Source of the DNA: Tolypothrix carrinoi HA7290-LM1
GTDB taxonomy: Bacteria > Cyanobacteriota > Cyanobacteriia > Cyanobacteriales > Nostocaceae
Assembly (NCBI GenBank): GCA_019358935.1
Contig: JAHHIK010000010.1
Coordinates: forward strand, 42,188-106,187
Direction: 5' to 3'
Length of the DNA: 64,000 nucleotides
Shown: positions 20,235 through 30,007 of the stretch, piece after piece
Layout: each line of letters opens with the position of its first letter
Numbering within the stretch: the first letter of the stretch is position 1
Notes under the pieces: generated by a model
The model's database searches: none
What the model was told of the DNA's origin: nothing
Seen by the model: only the letters and a program-made list of their open reading frames with translations
Position numbers and translations under genes: made by a program

Positions 20235-21002
20235 TCAGAAATGAGCGACGTATCCACCATCAACCGCCAAAACCTGACCAGTGACGTACGATGCAGCTGG
20301 AGAAGCAAAGAAAACAACAGCACCCGCAATTTCTTTTGGATCTCCCCAACGACCTAGAGAAGTTCGCTTAGAAAGCCAAGCAGCAACTTCTTTATCAGCA
20401 ACCACGTCCATATTACTCTCAGTTGCAAAAAAGCCCGGAGCAACAGCATTAACGGTTATTCCAAATTTTCCCAGTTCCGCAGCAAGAGTGCGAGTTAGTG
20501 ATTCAAGTCCTCCCTTCGCCGTAGTATAAACAGCATCACCAGCATCGGCGATGGAACCTGCAATTGATGTTATGTTGATGATTCTACCCTCACCATTCTC
20601 GATCATCAACCGTGCTGCTTCCCGCGATAGATTGAAGGGAGCGATGAGATCGACATCGATCAGCCGACGCACTGCATCTAGTTCAAATTCAAAAAAATTA
20701 CGGCGATCGCGCATACCAACATTATTTACGAGGATATCGAGATGCCCGTGTTTTTGTTTGATTTCGCTGAACGCTTTTTGAATGGCTGTCTCCGAAGTAA
20801 TATCTAACTGCAATAGTGAGGCTGATCCGCCCATTGAGTGGATAGTTGCAACTGCACGATTGAGGCTTTCATGATTGCGCCCATTTACGAGAACAAAAGC
20901 ACCAGCCTGAGCAAGTGCCTTGGCAATTTCCAGTCCTAGCCCTCGTCCCCCTCCAGTAACTAAGGCAGTTTTGCCATCCAATGAAAACTCAGATAGTGTC
21001 AC
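20235..21002 (-). CDS. Short-chain dehydrogenase/reductase (gluconate 5-dehydrogenase-like)
   Basis: Motifs TGGGRGLG, LVNNVG, YTTAK and VNAVAPG. Confidence 0.9.
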   Translation of the reverse strand: MTLSEFSLDGKTALVTGGGRGLGLEIAKALAQAGAFVLVNGRNHESLNRAVATIHSMGGSASLLQLDITSETAIQKAFSEIKQKHGHLDILVNNVGMRDRRNFFEFELDAVRRLIDVDLIAPFNLSREAARLMIENGEGRIINITSIAGSIADAGDAVYTTAKGGLESLTRTLAAELGKFGITVNAVAPGFFATESNMDVVADKEVAAWLSKRTSLGRWGDPKEIAGAVVFFASPAASYVTGQVLAVDGGYVAHF

Positions 21003-21026
21003 AACACTTCCTTTTTAATTCTTAAA

Positions 21027-21047
21027 GGTGGGCAATGCCCACCCTAC
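21027..21047. repeat. REP-like palindrome
   Basis: GGTGGGCA-A-TGCCCACC-CTAC directly after the fcl stop. Confidence 0.6.
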
Positions 21048-21049
21048 AA

Positions 21050-21994
21050 TTATGCAGCGTTTTTACGCCACCATTCGATAGTATTCTTCAGCCCCTGCTT
21101 GAAGTCTACTTGAGCGGTGAAACCAAAGGCTTGTTTTGCCCGTTCGGTATCCAAACAGCGACGGGGTTGACCATTTGGCTGGTCAGTTTCCCAGACAATT
21201 TCGCCGTCAAACTCCATCAATTCGCAAATCAGATTAATCAAATCGCGGATGGAGATTTCATAACCGGTGCCCAGGTTAACTGGTTCAAAATCGTTGTAGA
21301 ATTGAGTGCCCATGACAATGCCCCGCGCTGCATCTTCAGAATAAAGAAACTCGCGGGTAGGGCTACCATCACCCCAAACCGGAAGTTTCTTTTCTCCCTG
21401 AATTTGCGCTTCATGAACTTTGCGAATTAACGCCGGGATGACATGGGAACTACTGGGGTCAAAATTATCTTCAGGTCCGTATAAATTTACTGGCAGAAGA
21501 TAAATGCCATTAAAGTTGTACTGCTGGCGGTAAGCTTGCAGTTGAACTAAAAGCGCTTTTTTGGCAACTCCATAAGGGGCGTTAGTTTCTTCGGGGTAGC
21601 CATTCCAAAGGTCATCTTCTTTGAATGGTACTGGAGTAAATTTGGGATAGGCGCAGATAGTGCCAACACAAACAAATTTTTCTACTCCAGCTTGATAAGC
21701 AGCGTGAATCAACTGTGTACCCATCATCAAGTTGTCGTAGAACAACTCTGCGGGTTTTTCACGGTTGAGACCGATACCGCCAACGTGAGCTGCTAGGTGG
21801 ATAATAATGTCTTGTTGGTCAGCTGCGCGTTGGCAATTTTCTAGGATGCGTAAATCGCAGTCACGCGATCGCGTAACTGTAATTTTCTGGCGATCGGCTC
21901 CAGCCTTACACAGCTTCTCTATTACCTGACGCCCCAGGAACCCAGCCCCACCCGTAACGAGAATCCGTTTATTTTTTAGTTCTAAGGCGGTCAT
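21050..21994 (-). CDS. fcl: GDP-L-fucose synthase
   Basis: Motifs [24 protein letters not shown] and [10 protein letters not shown]. Follows gmd. Confidence 0.92.
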   Translation of the reverse strand: MTALELKNKRILVTGGAGFLGRQVIEKLCKAGADRQKITVTRSRDCDLRILENCQRAADQQDIIIHLAAHVGGIGLNREKPAELFYDNLMMGTQLIHAAYQAGVEKFVCVGTICAYPKFTPVPFKEDDLWNGYPEETNAPYGVAKKALLVQLQAYRQQYNFNGIYLLPVNLYGPEDNFDPSSSHVIPALIRKVHEAQIQGEKKLPVWGDGSPTREFLYSEDAARGIVMGTQFYNDFEPVNLGTGYEISIRDLINLICELMEFDGEIVWETDQPNGQPRRCLDTERAKQAFGFTAQVDFKQGLKNTIEWWRKNAA

Positions 21995-22019
21995 ATTTTT
22001 CTCCTCATCGGTGTATTAA

Positions 22020-23099
22020 TCAGAAGTGGAGAACACCCAATTCTTGACGAATAGTAGCAATATCATGAGGCATTTGCGAACCATGTCCATTCGGTGAAGT
22101 GCAACCGAGTGCTTGCAAATCTGCTTCTACCATCAGCGCTACCAACTGCTTAAATGTTACCGATGGTTCCCAGCCTAACTTTTGCCGCGCTTTGGTAGAG
22201 TCGCCAATTAACAAGTCTACTTCAGCCGGTCGCAGATAACGTTGGTCGAACTCAACATAATCTTGCCAATCGAGATTCACATAACCAAACGCTAAATCCA
22301 AAAATTCCCGTACTGTATGGGTTTCATTAGTAGCAACCACATAATCGTCTGGCTCGGATTGTTGTAACATGAGCCACATCGCCTTTACGTAATCTTTGGC
22401 GTAGCCCCAATCCCGTTTGGAATCAAGATTGCCCATGTAAAGTTTTTTCTGCTTACCAGCAAAAATCTTGGCGACTGCCATTGTAATCTTGCGCGTGACA
22501 AATGTTTCACCCCGTCTGGGCGATTCGTGGTTAAACAAAATGCCATTACAAGCAAACATTCCGTAAGATTCGCGGTAATTCACCGTTTGCCAGTGAGCGT
22601 AAACCTTAGCGCAAGCATAGGGACTGCGGGGGTAAAACGGTGTTGTCTCGCTTTGTGGCACAGCTTGTACCAAACCATACATTTCCGAAGAACCTGCTTG
22701 GTAGAATCGCACTTGAATCCCGGTGCGATGTTGATAGTCACGAATCGCTTCCAACAAACGCAGAGTTCCCATTCCGACTGCATCCACGGTGTATTCCGGT
22801 GAATCAAAACTTACCCGTACATGAGATTGAGCGCCCAGGTTGTAAATTTCTATCGGCTGGACTTCTTCTAAAATGCGGCGCAGTGTGGTACCGTCTGTCA
22901 GGTCTCCGTAGTGAAGAAATAACCGCACTCCTTGTTTATGAGGATCTTCATAAATGTGATCGATGCGGTCTGTGTTGAAAGTAGAAGTCCGACGGATAAT
23001 ACCATGAACTTCATAACCTTGTAAGAGCAGAAATTCACTCAGATATGAACCATCTTGACCAGTAATACCAGTAATTAACGCTCGCTTTTGTTGGGTCAT
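22020..23099 (-). CDS. gmd: GDP-mannose 4,6-dehydratase
   Basis: Motifs [21 protein letters not shown] and [17 protein letters not shown]. Confidence 0.97.
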   Translation of the reverse strand: MTQQKRALITGITGQDGSYLSEFLLLQGYEVHGIIRRTSTFNTDRIDHIYEDPHKQGVRLFLHYGDLTDGTTLRRILEEVQPIEIYNLGAQSHVRVSFDSPEYTVDAVGMGTLRLLEAIRDYQHRTGIQVRFYQAGSSEMYGLVQAVPQSETTPFYPRSPYACAKVYAHWQTVNYRESYGMFACNGILFNHESPRRGETFVTRKITMAVAKIFAGKQKKLYMGNLDSKRDWGYAKDYVKAMWLMLQQSEPDDYVVATNETHTVREFLDLAFGYVNLDWQDYVEFDQRYLRPAEVDLLIGDSTKARQKLGWEPSVTFKQLVALMVEADLQALGCTSPNGHGSQMPHDIATIRQELGVLHF

Positions 23100-23377
23100 G
23101 CTCAATTATCCCTTGTCGTTTTTGATTAAATAAATACAGGCAAACTGATACAACCTAGCAGCTAATTGCTCAATTGCCCAATGGGAAACCTACGAATTTT
23201 GCTGGCATGTGTGCTATCAACTTAAGTACAAGTACTTAAATTTAAGTATTATTACGTTATCGCCTTACTTTTATTCGGCAGACTTGACCTAATTCTGTAT
23301 AATTTTTTCATCTTTACCAGAATTTTATGAAAACCTAGTTTTTGTTAAGATAGAATAAAGTAGAAATTTTTGATAGA

Positions 23378-23449
23378 TATAGCAATCCTATATGATTTGT
23401 GAAGATTCACCGTGCTCAGAAACCCGACTTCTTTAAGAAGTCGGGTTTC
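23378..23449. repeat. MITE-like end plus a long palindrome
   Basis: TATAGCAATCCTATATGATTTGTGAA resembles a Nostocales MITE terminus. It is followed by the hairpin AGAAACCCGACTTCTTTAAGAAGTCGGGTTTCT. Confidence 0.5.
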
Positions 23450-23548
23450 TAAAGAAGAATCTATTAAAAATCCCACGGCTATCAGCACATGGGATTTCTC
23501 GGTTTGTGAACCGTTATTTACTTTTGCGCTGACAAAACAATTAGGTTA

Positions 23549-24313
23549 TCAATACGCACCGTTATTTTTTGGGATAACGACAACACCAACAGTTTTCAAT
23601 ATGATCCATAAATCGAGCCAAAGATTGCCAAATTTGACATAATGCAGGTCTATTTGAACTCTCCGAGGGTAGGGAATGTCATTGCGCCCTGAAACTTGCC
23701 ACAATCCCGTAATTCCTGGTCGGATAGTTAAAATTTGCTCGATCGCAGACCCGTACTTTGGCAGTTCTTCTTCTACTAAAGGTCGCGGACCAACAACACT
23801 CATATCCCCTTTTAAAACGTTCCAAAATTGGGGAAACTCGTCTAAGCTGGTAATTCGCAAGAATCGACCAATTTTTGTGATCCTGGGGTCATGTTTGAGC
23901 TTAAAACTAGTCTCAAACTCTTGCCGCAATTCAGGTGATGTTTCCATCATTTGCATAAGAACTTCGTCAGCATTACTCACCATTGTTCGGAATTTAATAC
24001 AATTAAATGGCTTATAGTTTTTGCCGACTCGTTCCTGTATATAAAAAATCGGACCTTGTGAGCTAGAAGCAATCAGTAAGGTCAAAACCAAATAAACAGG
24101 CGAAAACAATATCAGTACTAACAGCGAAAACAAAATGTCGAACAGTCGCTTGGCAAACTCTCCGTTTAAACCCTGTAAAGTCAATGCTTTGGGTTTAAAT
24201 TTAGGTGTCTTGGTTTTTTGACCACCTTTTAAGAAAGTACGCGTAGACGCGCTAGCATCTTGCCGTAGGCTTCGCCGCTTGCCGGAGAGGAGTGAGCTCT
24301 GGGCAGTCATCAT
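23549..24313 (-). CDS. Undecaprenyl-phosphate sugar phosphotransferase (priming transferase)
   Basis: Motifs KRLFDI, KFRTM, DPRITKIGRFLR.TSLDEFPQ and PGITGLWQVSGR. The start is placed after the AGGAG Shine-Dalgarno. Confidence 0.92.
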   Translation of the reverse strand: MMTAQSSLLSGKRRSLRQDASASTRTFLKGGQKTKTPKFKPKALTLQGLNGEFAKRLFDILFSLLVLILFSPVYLVLTLLIASSSQGPIFYIQERVGKNYKPFNCIKFRTMVSNADEVLMQMMETSPELRQEFETSFKLKHDPRITKIGRFLRITSLDEFPQFWNVLKGDMSVVGPRPLVEEELPKYGSAIEQILTIRPGITGLWQVSGRNDIPYPRRVQIDLHYVKFGNLWLDLWIILKTVGVVVIPKNNGAY

Positions 24314-24337
24314 ACTCCTAAATAATCCACACCACAC
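24314..24337 (-). promoter_or_regulatory. Putative Yfr1 sRNA target site over the ribosome-binding site
   Basis: The mRNA reads GUGUGGUGUG-gauuauuu-AGGAGU-AUG, complementary to the conserved Yfr1 motif ACUCCU/CACACCACAC. Confidence 0.65.
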
Positions 24338-24422
24338 ATAGTCCCAATCTTAAAGCCTTTCGGAGGTGCTTCTGGGGGTAATTTTCCAAAAGCCTAGAAA
24401 ACTATTGCAAAAATTAAGACCG

Positions 24423-25568
24423 TTACTCCAAGGATGGTCTTTTTTCGTTGCACGTATTTAAAAAATCAAGATAACGTTTTGCAAATATTTGTGGGGAAAA
24501 TTGGGCAGCGTGCGATCGCGCATATTCTGGATTAAACTTACCCTCATACGCTTCAAAGGTTTCTACTGCCTCTACAAGGTCTGTCTCTGTTTGATGAGGG
24601 AAGAATATACCCGTCCCTGTACCCACTTCAACCGTGCGAATATCCCGCACAGTTTCTAAAGCACCACCTGCACCATAAGCAATCACCGGCGTACCACAAG
24701 CTTGTGCTTCTACCAAAGCAATGCCAAAGTCTTCACAAGCTGCATACACAAATGCCTTGGCACTAGCCATATATTTTTTTACTACATCATTAGGTTGCCA
24801 CCCCAGTATTTGTATATGAGAATCCGCTATTTCCTGAATTTTTTTCATTTCTGGTCCTGTACCAATTACTACTAAAGGTCGTTGCAGCTGATTAAAAGCT
24901 TTGACAATTAAAGATACTTGTTTATAACTTACTAACCGGGAAACTATTAGGTAAAAATCCTCTTTTTGAGGAAAAAATGGCAAACCTTCAATATTCACCG
25001 GTGGATAAATTACTTTTGCTTCTCGTCGATAGCAGCGCCAAATTCGACGAGCTGTATGCTGTGAGTTAGCAATAAAATAATCAACGCGATTTGCCGTTAA
25101 CACATCCCAAAAGCGCAAACGATGCAGTAAATACCGCGTCGCCCACCCAGGTAAACCATTGCCTAACTTACTTGCTTTTAGGTAATCAAAAGTCAAATCC
25201 CAGGCATAACGCATGGGACTATGACAGTAGCAAATATGCAACTGATCCGGAGTGGTGAGGATGCCTTTAGCAACGGCGTGGGATGAAGACAAAATTATGT
25301 CATAATCCCGTAAATCTAATTGTTCAATCGCCAGCGGTAAAAATGGCAAGTATTTTTGAACACCATTGCGGGCGAAGGGAAAGTGCTGAACAAACGTTGT
25401 ACCAATTCGACGCTTGTATAAATAACTTTCAGGATTAGTAGATTCAAAGTCGATGAGGGCATACAAGTCAGCATCAATGTGATTCAGAATCTCCCGGACA
25501 ACGAGTTCTGAACCGCCTGTGGCTTTGGGTGTAAGCCATTCATGAACTAAAGCATATTTTAAGGGCAC
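24423..25568 (-). CDS. Glycosyltransferase family 4 (mannosyltransferase-like)
   Basis: Motifs ALVHEWL...GGSE, CYCHSPMRYAWD and EDFGIALVEAQACG. Confidence 0.92.
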   Translation of the reverse strand: MPLKYALVHEWLTPKATGGSELVVREILNHIDADLYALIDFESTNPESYLYKRRIGTTFVQHFPFARNGVQKYLPFLPLAIEQLDLRDYDIILSSSHAVAKGILTTPDQLHICYCHSPMRYAWDLTFDYLKASKLGNGLPGWATRYLLHRLRFWDVLTANRVDYFIANSQHTARRIWRCYRREAKVIYPPVNIEGLPFFPQKEDFYLIVSRLVSYKQVSLIVKAFNQLQRPLVVIGTGPEMKKIQEIADSHIQILGWQPNDVVKKYMASAKAFVYAACEDFGIALVEAQACGTPVIAYGAGGALETVRDIRTVEVGTGTGIFFPHQTETDLVEAVETFEAYEGKFNPEYARSHAAQFSPQIFAKRYLDFLNTCNEKRPSLE

Positions 25569-25776
25569 TGCTAACTGTAATTGGTAGAAAACACGCTTGG
25601 GAAGTTATGAGATTAACTGAAAACTTTCCGGTTGCAATTAATTCATGAACGATCGCCCCACATTCATCACAAGACGTAATTATCAGTGAAAGAGTTTCCT
25701 CAGGATACCGCAACCTGATAACCTCAAATTGGGGGCTAGGGGCTAGCCCCTACTACTGAGATAAAATAGGGAATTT

Positions 25777-26715
25777 ATGCGAATTTTAATTATGGGTGGT
25801 ACTCGGTTCATTGGTGTCTACCTAACGAAGATGCTGGTGGAATCCGGACATATTGTGGTACTGTTCAATCGTGGCAATCGTCCAGCACCCCAACAAGTAG
25901 AACAAATTACAGGCGATCGCACTGACGCTGCACAGCTTAAAGAAAAGTTATCACAAGAAAACTTTGATGTCATTTTTGACAATAACGGACGGGAACTTAC
26001 TGATACTCAACCATTGGCGGAAATTTTTCAAGATCGCGTGCAACATTTTGTTTATATGAGTTCGGCTGGGGTGTATCTCAAATCCGACCAAATGCCTCAT
26101 GTAGAAGGAGATGCAGTCGATCCAAAAAGTCGCCACAAAGGTAAGCATGAAACGGAAGCATTTTTGACGCAATCGGGATTGCCTTTTACGTCGATTCGTC
26201 CAACTTACATTTATGGTCCGAGTAATTATAACGAGTTGGAAAGTTGGTTTTTTGATAGAATTGTACGCGATCGCCCGATTCCCATCCCCGGTAATGGGAT
26301 GCACATCACTCAGCTAGGTCATGTGAAAGACTTAGCAAAGGCAATGACTAAGATTGTAGGTAACAAACAAGCCATAGGGCAAATTTATAATGTGTCAGGC
26401 GATCGCTTTGTCACTTTTGATGGTTTAGCCCGTGCTTGTGCTGTTGCTGCGGGTAAATCACCGGATGATCTGAAAATCGTTCATTATGACCCGAAAAAGT
26501 TTGATTTTGGCAAACGCAAAGCTTTCCCCATGCGGGTGCAGCATTTCTTCGCTTCGGTGAATAAAGCCATGAAAGAGTTAAATTGGCAGCCTGAATATGA
26601 TTTAATTTCTGGGCTACAAGATTCTTTACAGAATGATTATCTTGCTTCAGGGCAAGATAAAGCTGAAGTTGATTTTTCTGTAGATGAGGAGATTTTGAAA
26701 GTGGTTGATCGTTAG
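25777..26715 (+). CDS. NAD-dependent epimerase-fold protein, CSP41b-like RNA-binding protein
   Basis: Motifs GGTRFIG, DNNGRE, SSAGVY and KRKAFPMR.QHF. Confidence 0.85.
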   Translation: MRILIMGGTRFIGVYLTKMLVESGHIVVLFNRGNRPAPQQVEQITGDRTDAAQLKEKLSQENFDVIFDNNGRELTDTQPLAEIFQDRVQHFVYMSSAGVYLKSDQMPHVEGDAVDPKSRHKGKHETEAFLTQSGLPFTSIRPTYIYGPSNYNELESWFFDRIVRDRPIPIPGNGMHITQLGHVKDLAKAMTKIVGNKQAIGQIYNVSGDRFVTFDGLARACAVAAGKSPDDLKIVHYDPKKFDFGKRKAFPMRVQHFFASVNKAMKELNWQPEYDLISGLQDSLQNDYLASGQDKAEVDFSVDEEILKVVDR

Positions 26716-26728
26716 TTAAAGCGTTGGT

Positions 26729-26763
26729 GCGATCTGCCCTTGGCAGCAGCGCTTCGCTATCGC
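26729..26763. mobile_element. 27-bp SDR5-like element within a HIP1 site
   Basis: GCGATCTGCCCTTGGCAGCAGCGCTTCGCTATCGC; removing 27 bp restores GCGATCGC. Confidence 0.7.
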
Positions 26764-27105
26764 GTTCAAGTGAACTGGTATTATTTCCATTATTCTGGGC
26801 GATCGCACACTAATTTAGATATTTGGGTTCCGATTTGAAAATTTCTAATCCACCTGACTGGGATGATAAATAAGGAAAAACTATAAAAATGTACTTTCAT
26901 GACAAACCCTCAAACCGAATTTGATTCACCTTGGAAGGACATTTTACAAATCTATTTTGAAGAATTCATGTTATTCTTTTTCCCGCAAGCGCATAGGGAA
27001 ATTGACTGGACACGACAACCAGAGTTTTTAGATAAGGAGTTACAGCAAGTCATTCGAGATGCGGAACTGGGAAAGCGACTGGTTGATAAGTTGGTAAAAA
27101 TTTAT

Positions 27106-27301
27106 CCGCCTTCGGCGGAAGGCAGAAGGCAGAGGGCAGAGGGCAGAAGGTATAAATTATGTCTTTGATTCAGCCTTCTGGCTGGAGCCAACTGGGTATA
27201 AAACCCCACCGTCTACACGGTGGATTCAATCGGTTGGGGTTTGAATCCCCATCCGATTGCTCCTTCAGCATAGCTGCCTCCTGCCCTCTGCCTTTCTTCA
27301 A
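27106..27301. mobile_element. MITE-like element bounded by inverted GGCAGAG/CTGCCCT heptamer arrays
   Basis: It sits exactly between codons IY and RT and has internal hairpins at 27206-27223 and 27228-27258. Confidence 0.8.
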
Positions 27302-27838
27302 CGTACGGTCGGCGAAGAATCTTGGATACTTGTGCATGTAGAGGTGCAAGCCCAGGAAGAATCTGATTTTTCTCGGCGGATGTATAATTATAACTATCGC
27401 ATATTTGATAGATACAATCGCTCGGTTGCATCGGTTGCTGTGTTGGGAGATGAGCGTGTTGACTGGCGACCAAATCAGTTTGGTTATGATTTATTTGGTT
27501 GTAGGGTTGATTTTCAGTTTCCAATTGTGAAGTTGTTAGACTATAAGCAAAGGTTGTCACAGTTGGAATCTAGTCGCAATCCTTTTGCCACTGTGGTGAT
27601 GGCGCATTTAGCTGCATTAGAAACCCGCAATGATCGCTTACAACGCAAGCAGCAAAAACTGACTTTGGTCAGAAGGTTGTATTCGCTTGGGCTTGAACGG
27701 GAAAGTATCATTAATTTATTCCAGTTTATCGATTGGATGTTGACGTTACCATCTGCGTTAGAGAACGAGTTTTGGCAAGAGTTTCGTGACTTTGAGGAGG
27801 CTAGAAGTATGCGTTATGTTACGAGTGTTGAGCGTATT

Positions 27839-27913
27839 GGGATTCAACAAGGGATTCAACAAGGGATTCAACAAGGGATTCAACAAGGGATTCAACAAGG
27901 GATTCAACAAGGG
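27839..27913 (+). repeat. 12-bp coding tandem repeat GGGATTCAACAA x6 (GIQQ)
   Basis: Six perfect copies read directly from the sequence. Confidence 0.95.
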
Positions 27914-28173
27914 TTAATAAAAGGTATTTCTTTGGGATTAAAGCTCAAATTTGGGGAGTCAGGTCAAAATTTATTACCTGAAATTGAATCTATTGGGGAT
28001 GTTAACTTGTTGTCAGCTATTTTGGAGGCGATAGAAACTGCGGATTCGGTGGACGAATTGCGGCAAATTTACCAACCAGCAAATGAGTAGTTTAAAGTCA
28101 GCGACACTCCCTCCAGAAGTCACTTTGTGGTTGATTGTGTGATAACACATCATAATTATCTATCTAATTAAAA

Positions 28174-28269
28174 TTAGGACTTACGCAAAAAGTTGTCAAA
28201 AGCTTGAATTTACGTAGGGGCAATTCATGAATTGCCCCTACAAGACTTTAGTGGGTGCGTAAGTCCTAA
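28174..28269. mobile_element. MITE with 14-bp TIRs and an internal REP-like palindrome
   Basis: TTAGGACTTACGCA ... TGCGTAAGTCCTAA, enclosing GTAGGGGCAATTCATGAATTGCCCCTAC. Confidence 0.8.
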
Positions 28270-28409
28270 AAATGTTCTCCAAGATATGCGTACTCGTTAT
28301 CCTCAAATAGAGTCGCGACTCGATTGCGGGTTTACGAGATATTCTTGCTCATACTTATTTTCTTTCCTGATGTATCGACTTAGTAAATGGCTAGCTTCTA
28401 CAAAATAGT

Positions 28410-29003
28410 ATGAAACGCAAAGTCTCTAAACGCGATCGCCTTCCTATTGGTAATGCTCAAAGGCGCGATCGCATTTATATTAGCTAGTATTATTCCTGCT
28501 AGGAAGCGCGATCGCCTTTTATCAAGCACCAATACCCCAGGCTATTTTAGTGTTGGGAAGCGCTTCTGAAAGGATGGTGTTTGCAGCGCAGTTTTGGCAG
28601 TCTCACACTAATTTAGATATTTGGGTTTTGTGATTACGCTTGGAATCTTGATGTTAATCGTCGCATTTTCCTTTCTCTTAGTGTTCCCAATCAGCGGTTG
28701 CATTTGGATGGTAGAGCAACGGATACTGTGACTAATTTTACGACTTTGGTAGAAGATTTTGTCAGGCAGAAGTTACAGCATATTTATCTGATTACGTCAG
28801 ATTATCATATGAAGAGGGCAAGAGCGATCGCATCCATAGTTTTGGGCAGTCACGGAATTGCGGTTACACCTGTAGAGGTTCCTTCGCAAGGAGATAAGTC
28901 AGAATCCCTGGTGCGAGTGCTGCGAGATTGCGGGCGATCTGTGGTATGGATTTTAACTAAACGAACTGGAGCAAGTTTTAACCCGCATGTTGAAAAAGTA
29001 TGA
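28410..29003 (+). pseudogene. YdcF/DUF218 family gene with three apparent +1 frameshifts
   Basis: The pieces PQAILVLG, FAAQFWQSH.NLDIWV and DGRATDTVTNF..ITSDYHM.RA lie in different frames. Confidence 0.75.
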
Positions 29004-29019
29004 TTTTGCCTACCAAGCA

Positions 29020-30003
29020 CTAAATGCCATAGTAAGACTTGAACCATGATGTAAATTTTTCTAATCCTACCTCAATTGGCGTATTTGGTCTGAACCCGAC
29101 ATCTTGAACGAGATCATCAACATCGGCATATGTGATTGAAACATCACCCGGTTGCATTGGCAAAAAATTTTTCTGTGCTTTTTTACCCAAATGACTTTCT
29201 AGCACTTCAATAAAGTGTAGTAGTTCTACGGGTTGATTGTTGCCGATGTTATAGATTTTGTAAGGAGGAATGCTCGCATCTAAATCTGGTGTAGGGATTT
29301 TATCAATAACCCTTACCACACCTTCAATAATATCGTCGATATAAGTAAAGTCTCGTTGCATCTTGCCATAATTGAATACGTTAATTGGTTCACCTGCCAA
29401 GATTGATTTTGTAAAGGAATAGTAAGCCATATCAGGACGACCCCAAGGTCCATATACCGTAAAAAAGCGTAGTCCTGTAGCTGGAAGGCAATACAGATGA
29501 CTATAGGTGTATGCCATCAGTTCATTAGCTTTTTTTGTGGCGGCATAAAGGCTGATGGGGCGATCAACATTGTCGTTTACAGAAAAGGGGATCTTCGTAT
29601 TGGCTCCGTATACCGAACTTGAAGAAGCAAATACTAGATGTTTGACTTGGGAATGACGGCAACCTTCCAGAATATTAATGAAACCGGCTAGATTGCTGTC
29701 TGTGTAGGCATGGGGATTTTTGATGGAGTAGCGCACGCCTGCTTGAGCAGCTAGGTTGACTACAATATCAAACTGATGATCTGTAAATAATTTAGCTATA
29801 CTTTCTCGATCTGCTAAGTTTAATTTATAAAAGCTAAAGTTCTCATTTTCCTGTAGTTGCTGAAGGCGATCGCATTTGAGTTTAACATCGTAATAGTCGT
29901 TTAAATTATCTAAGCCAACAACGGTATCGCCTTTAGATAGCAGTTTTTGACAGAGGTAAAAACCAATGAAACCTGCTACACCTGTAACTAGAATAGAACT
30001 CAT
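29020..30003 (-). CDS. UDP-glucuronate 4-epimerase-like NAD-dependent epimerase
   Basis: Motifs NLAAQAGVRYS, YAATKKANE and FFTVYGPWGRPDMA. Confidence 0.9.
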   Translation of the reverse strand: MSSILVTGVAGFIGFYLCQKLLSKGDTVVGLDNLNDYYDVKLKCDRLQQLQENENFSFYKLNLADRESIAKLFTDHQFDIVVNLAAQAGVRYSIKNPHAYTDSNLAGFINILEGCRHSQVKHLVFASSSSVYGANTKIPFSVNDNVDRPISLYAATKKANELMAYTYSHLYCLPATGLRFFTVYGPWGRPDMAYYSFTKSILAGEPINVFNYGKMQRDFTYIDDIIEGVVRVIDKIPTPDLDASIPPYKIYNIGNNQPVELLHFIEVLESHLGKKAQKNFLPMQPGDVSITYADVDDLVQDVGFRPNTPIEVGLEKFTSWFKSYYGI

Positions 30004-30007
30004 CGTC

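Larger units (their letters stand above)
26899..28090 (+). pseudogene. Rpn-like PD-(D/E)XK nuclease gene interrupted by a 196-bp insertion
   Basis: FDSPWKD...DKLVKIY and RTVGEESWILVHVEVQ..RMY.YNYRIFDRY join in frame after removing 27106-27301. C-terminal GIQQ repeats are present. Confidence 0.85.

Noticed and set aside
27106..27301. Possible self-splicing intron in the rpn gene
   Set aside because: There is no GUGYG 5' end or domain V, no recognisable group I core, and it is short. The inverted repeat ends fit a MITE better.
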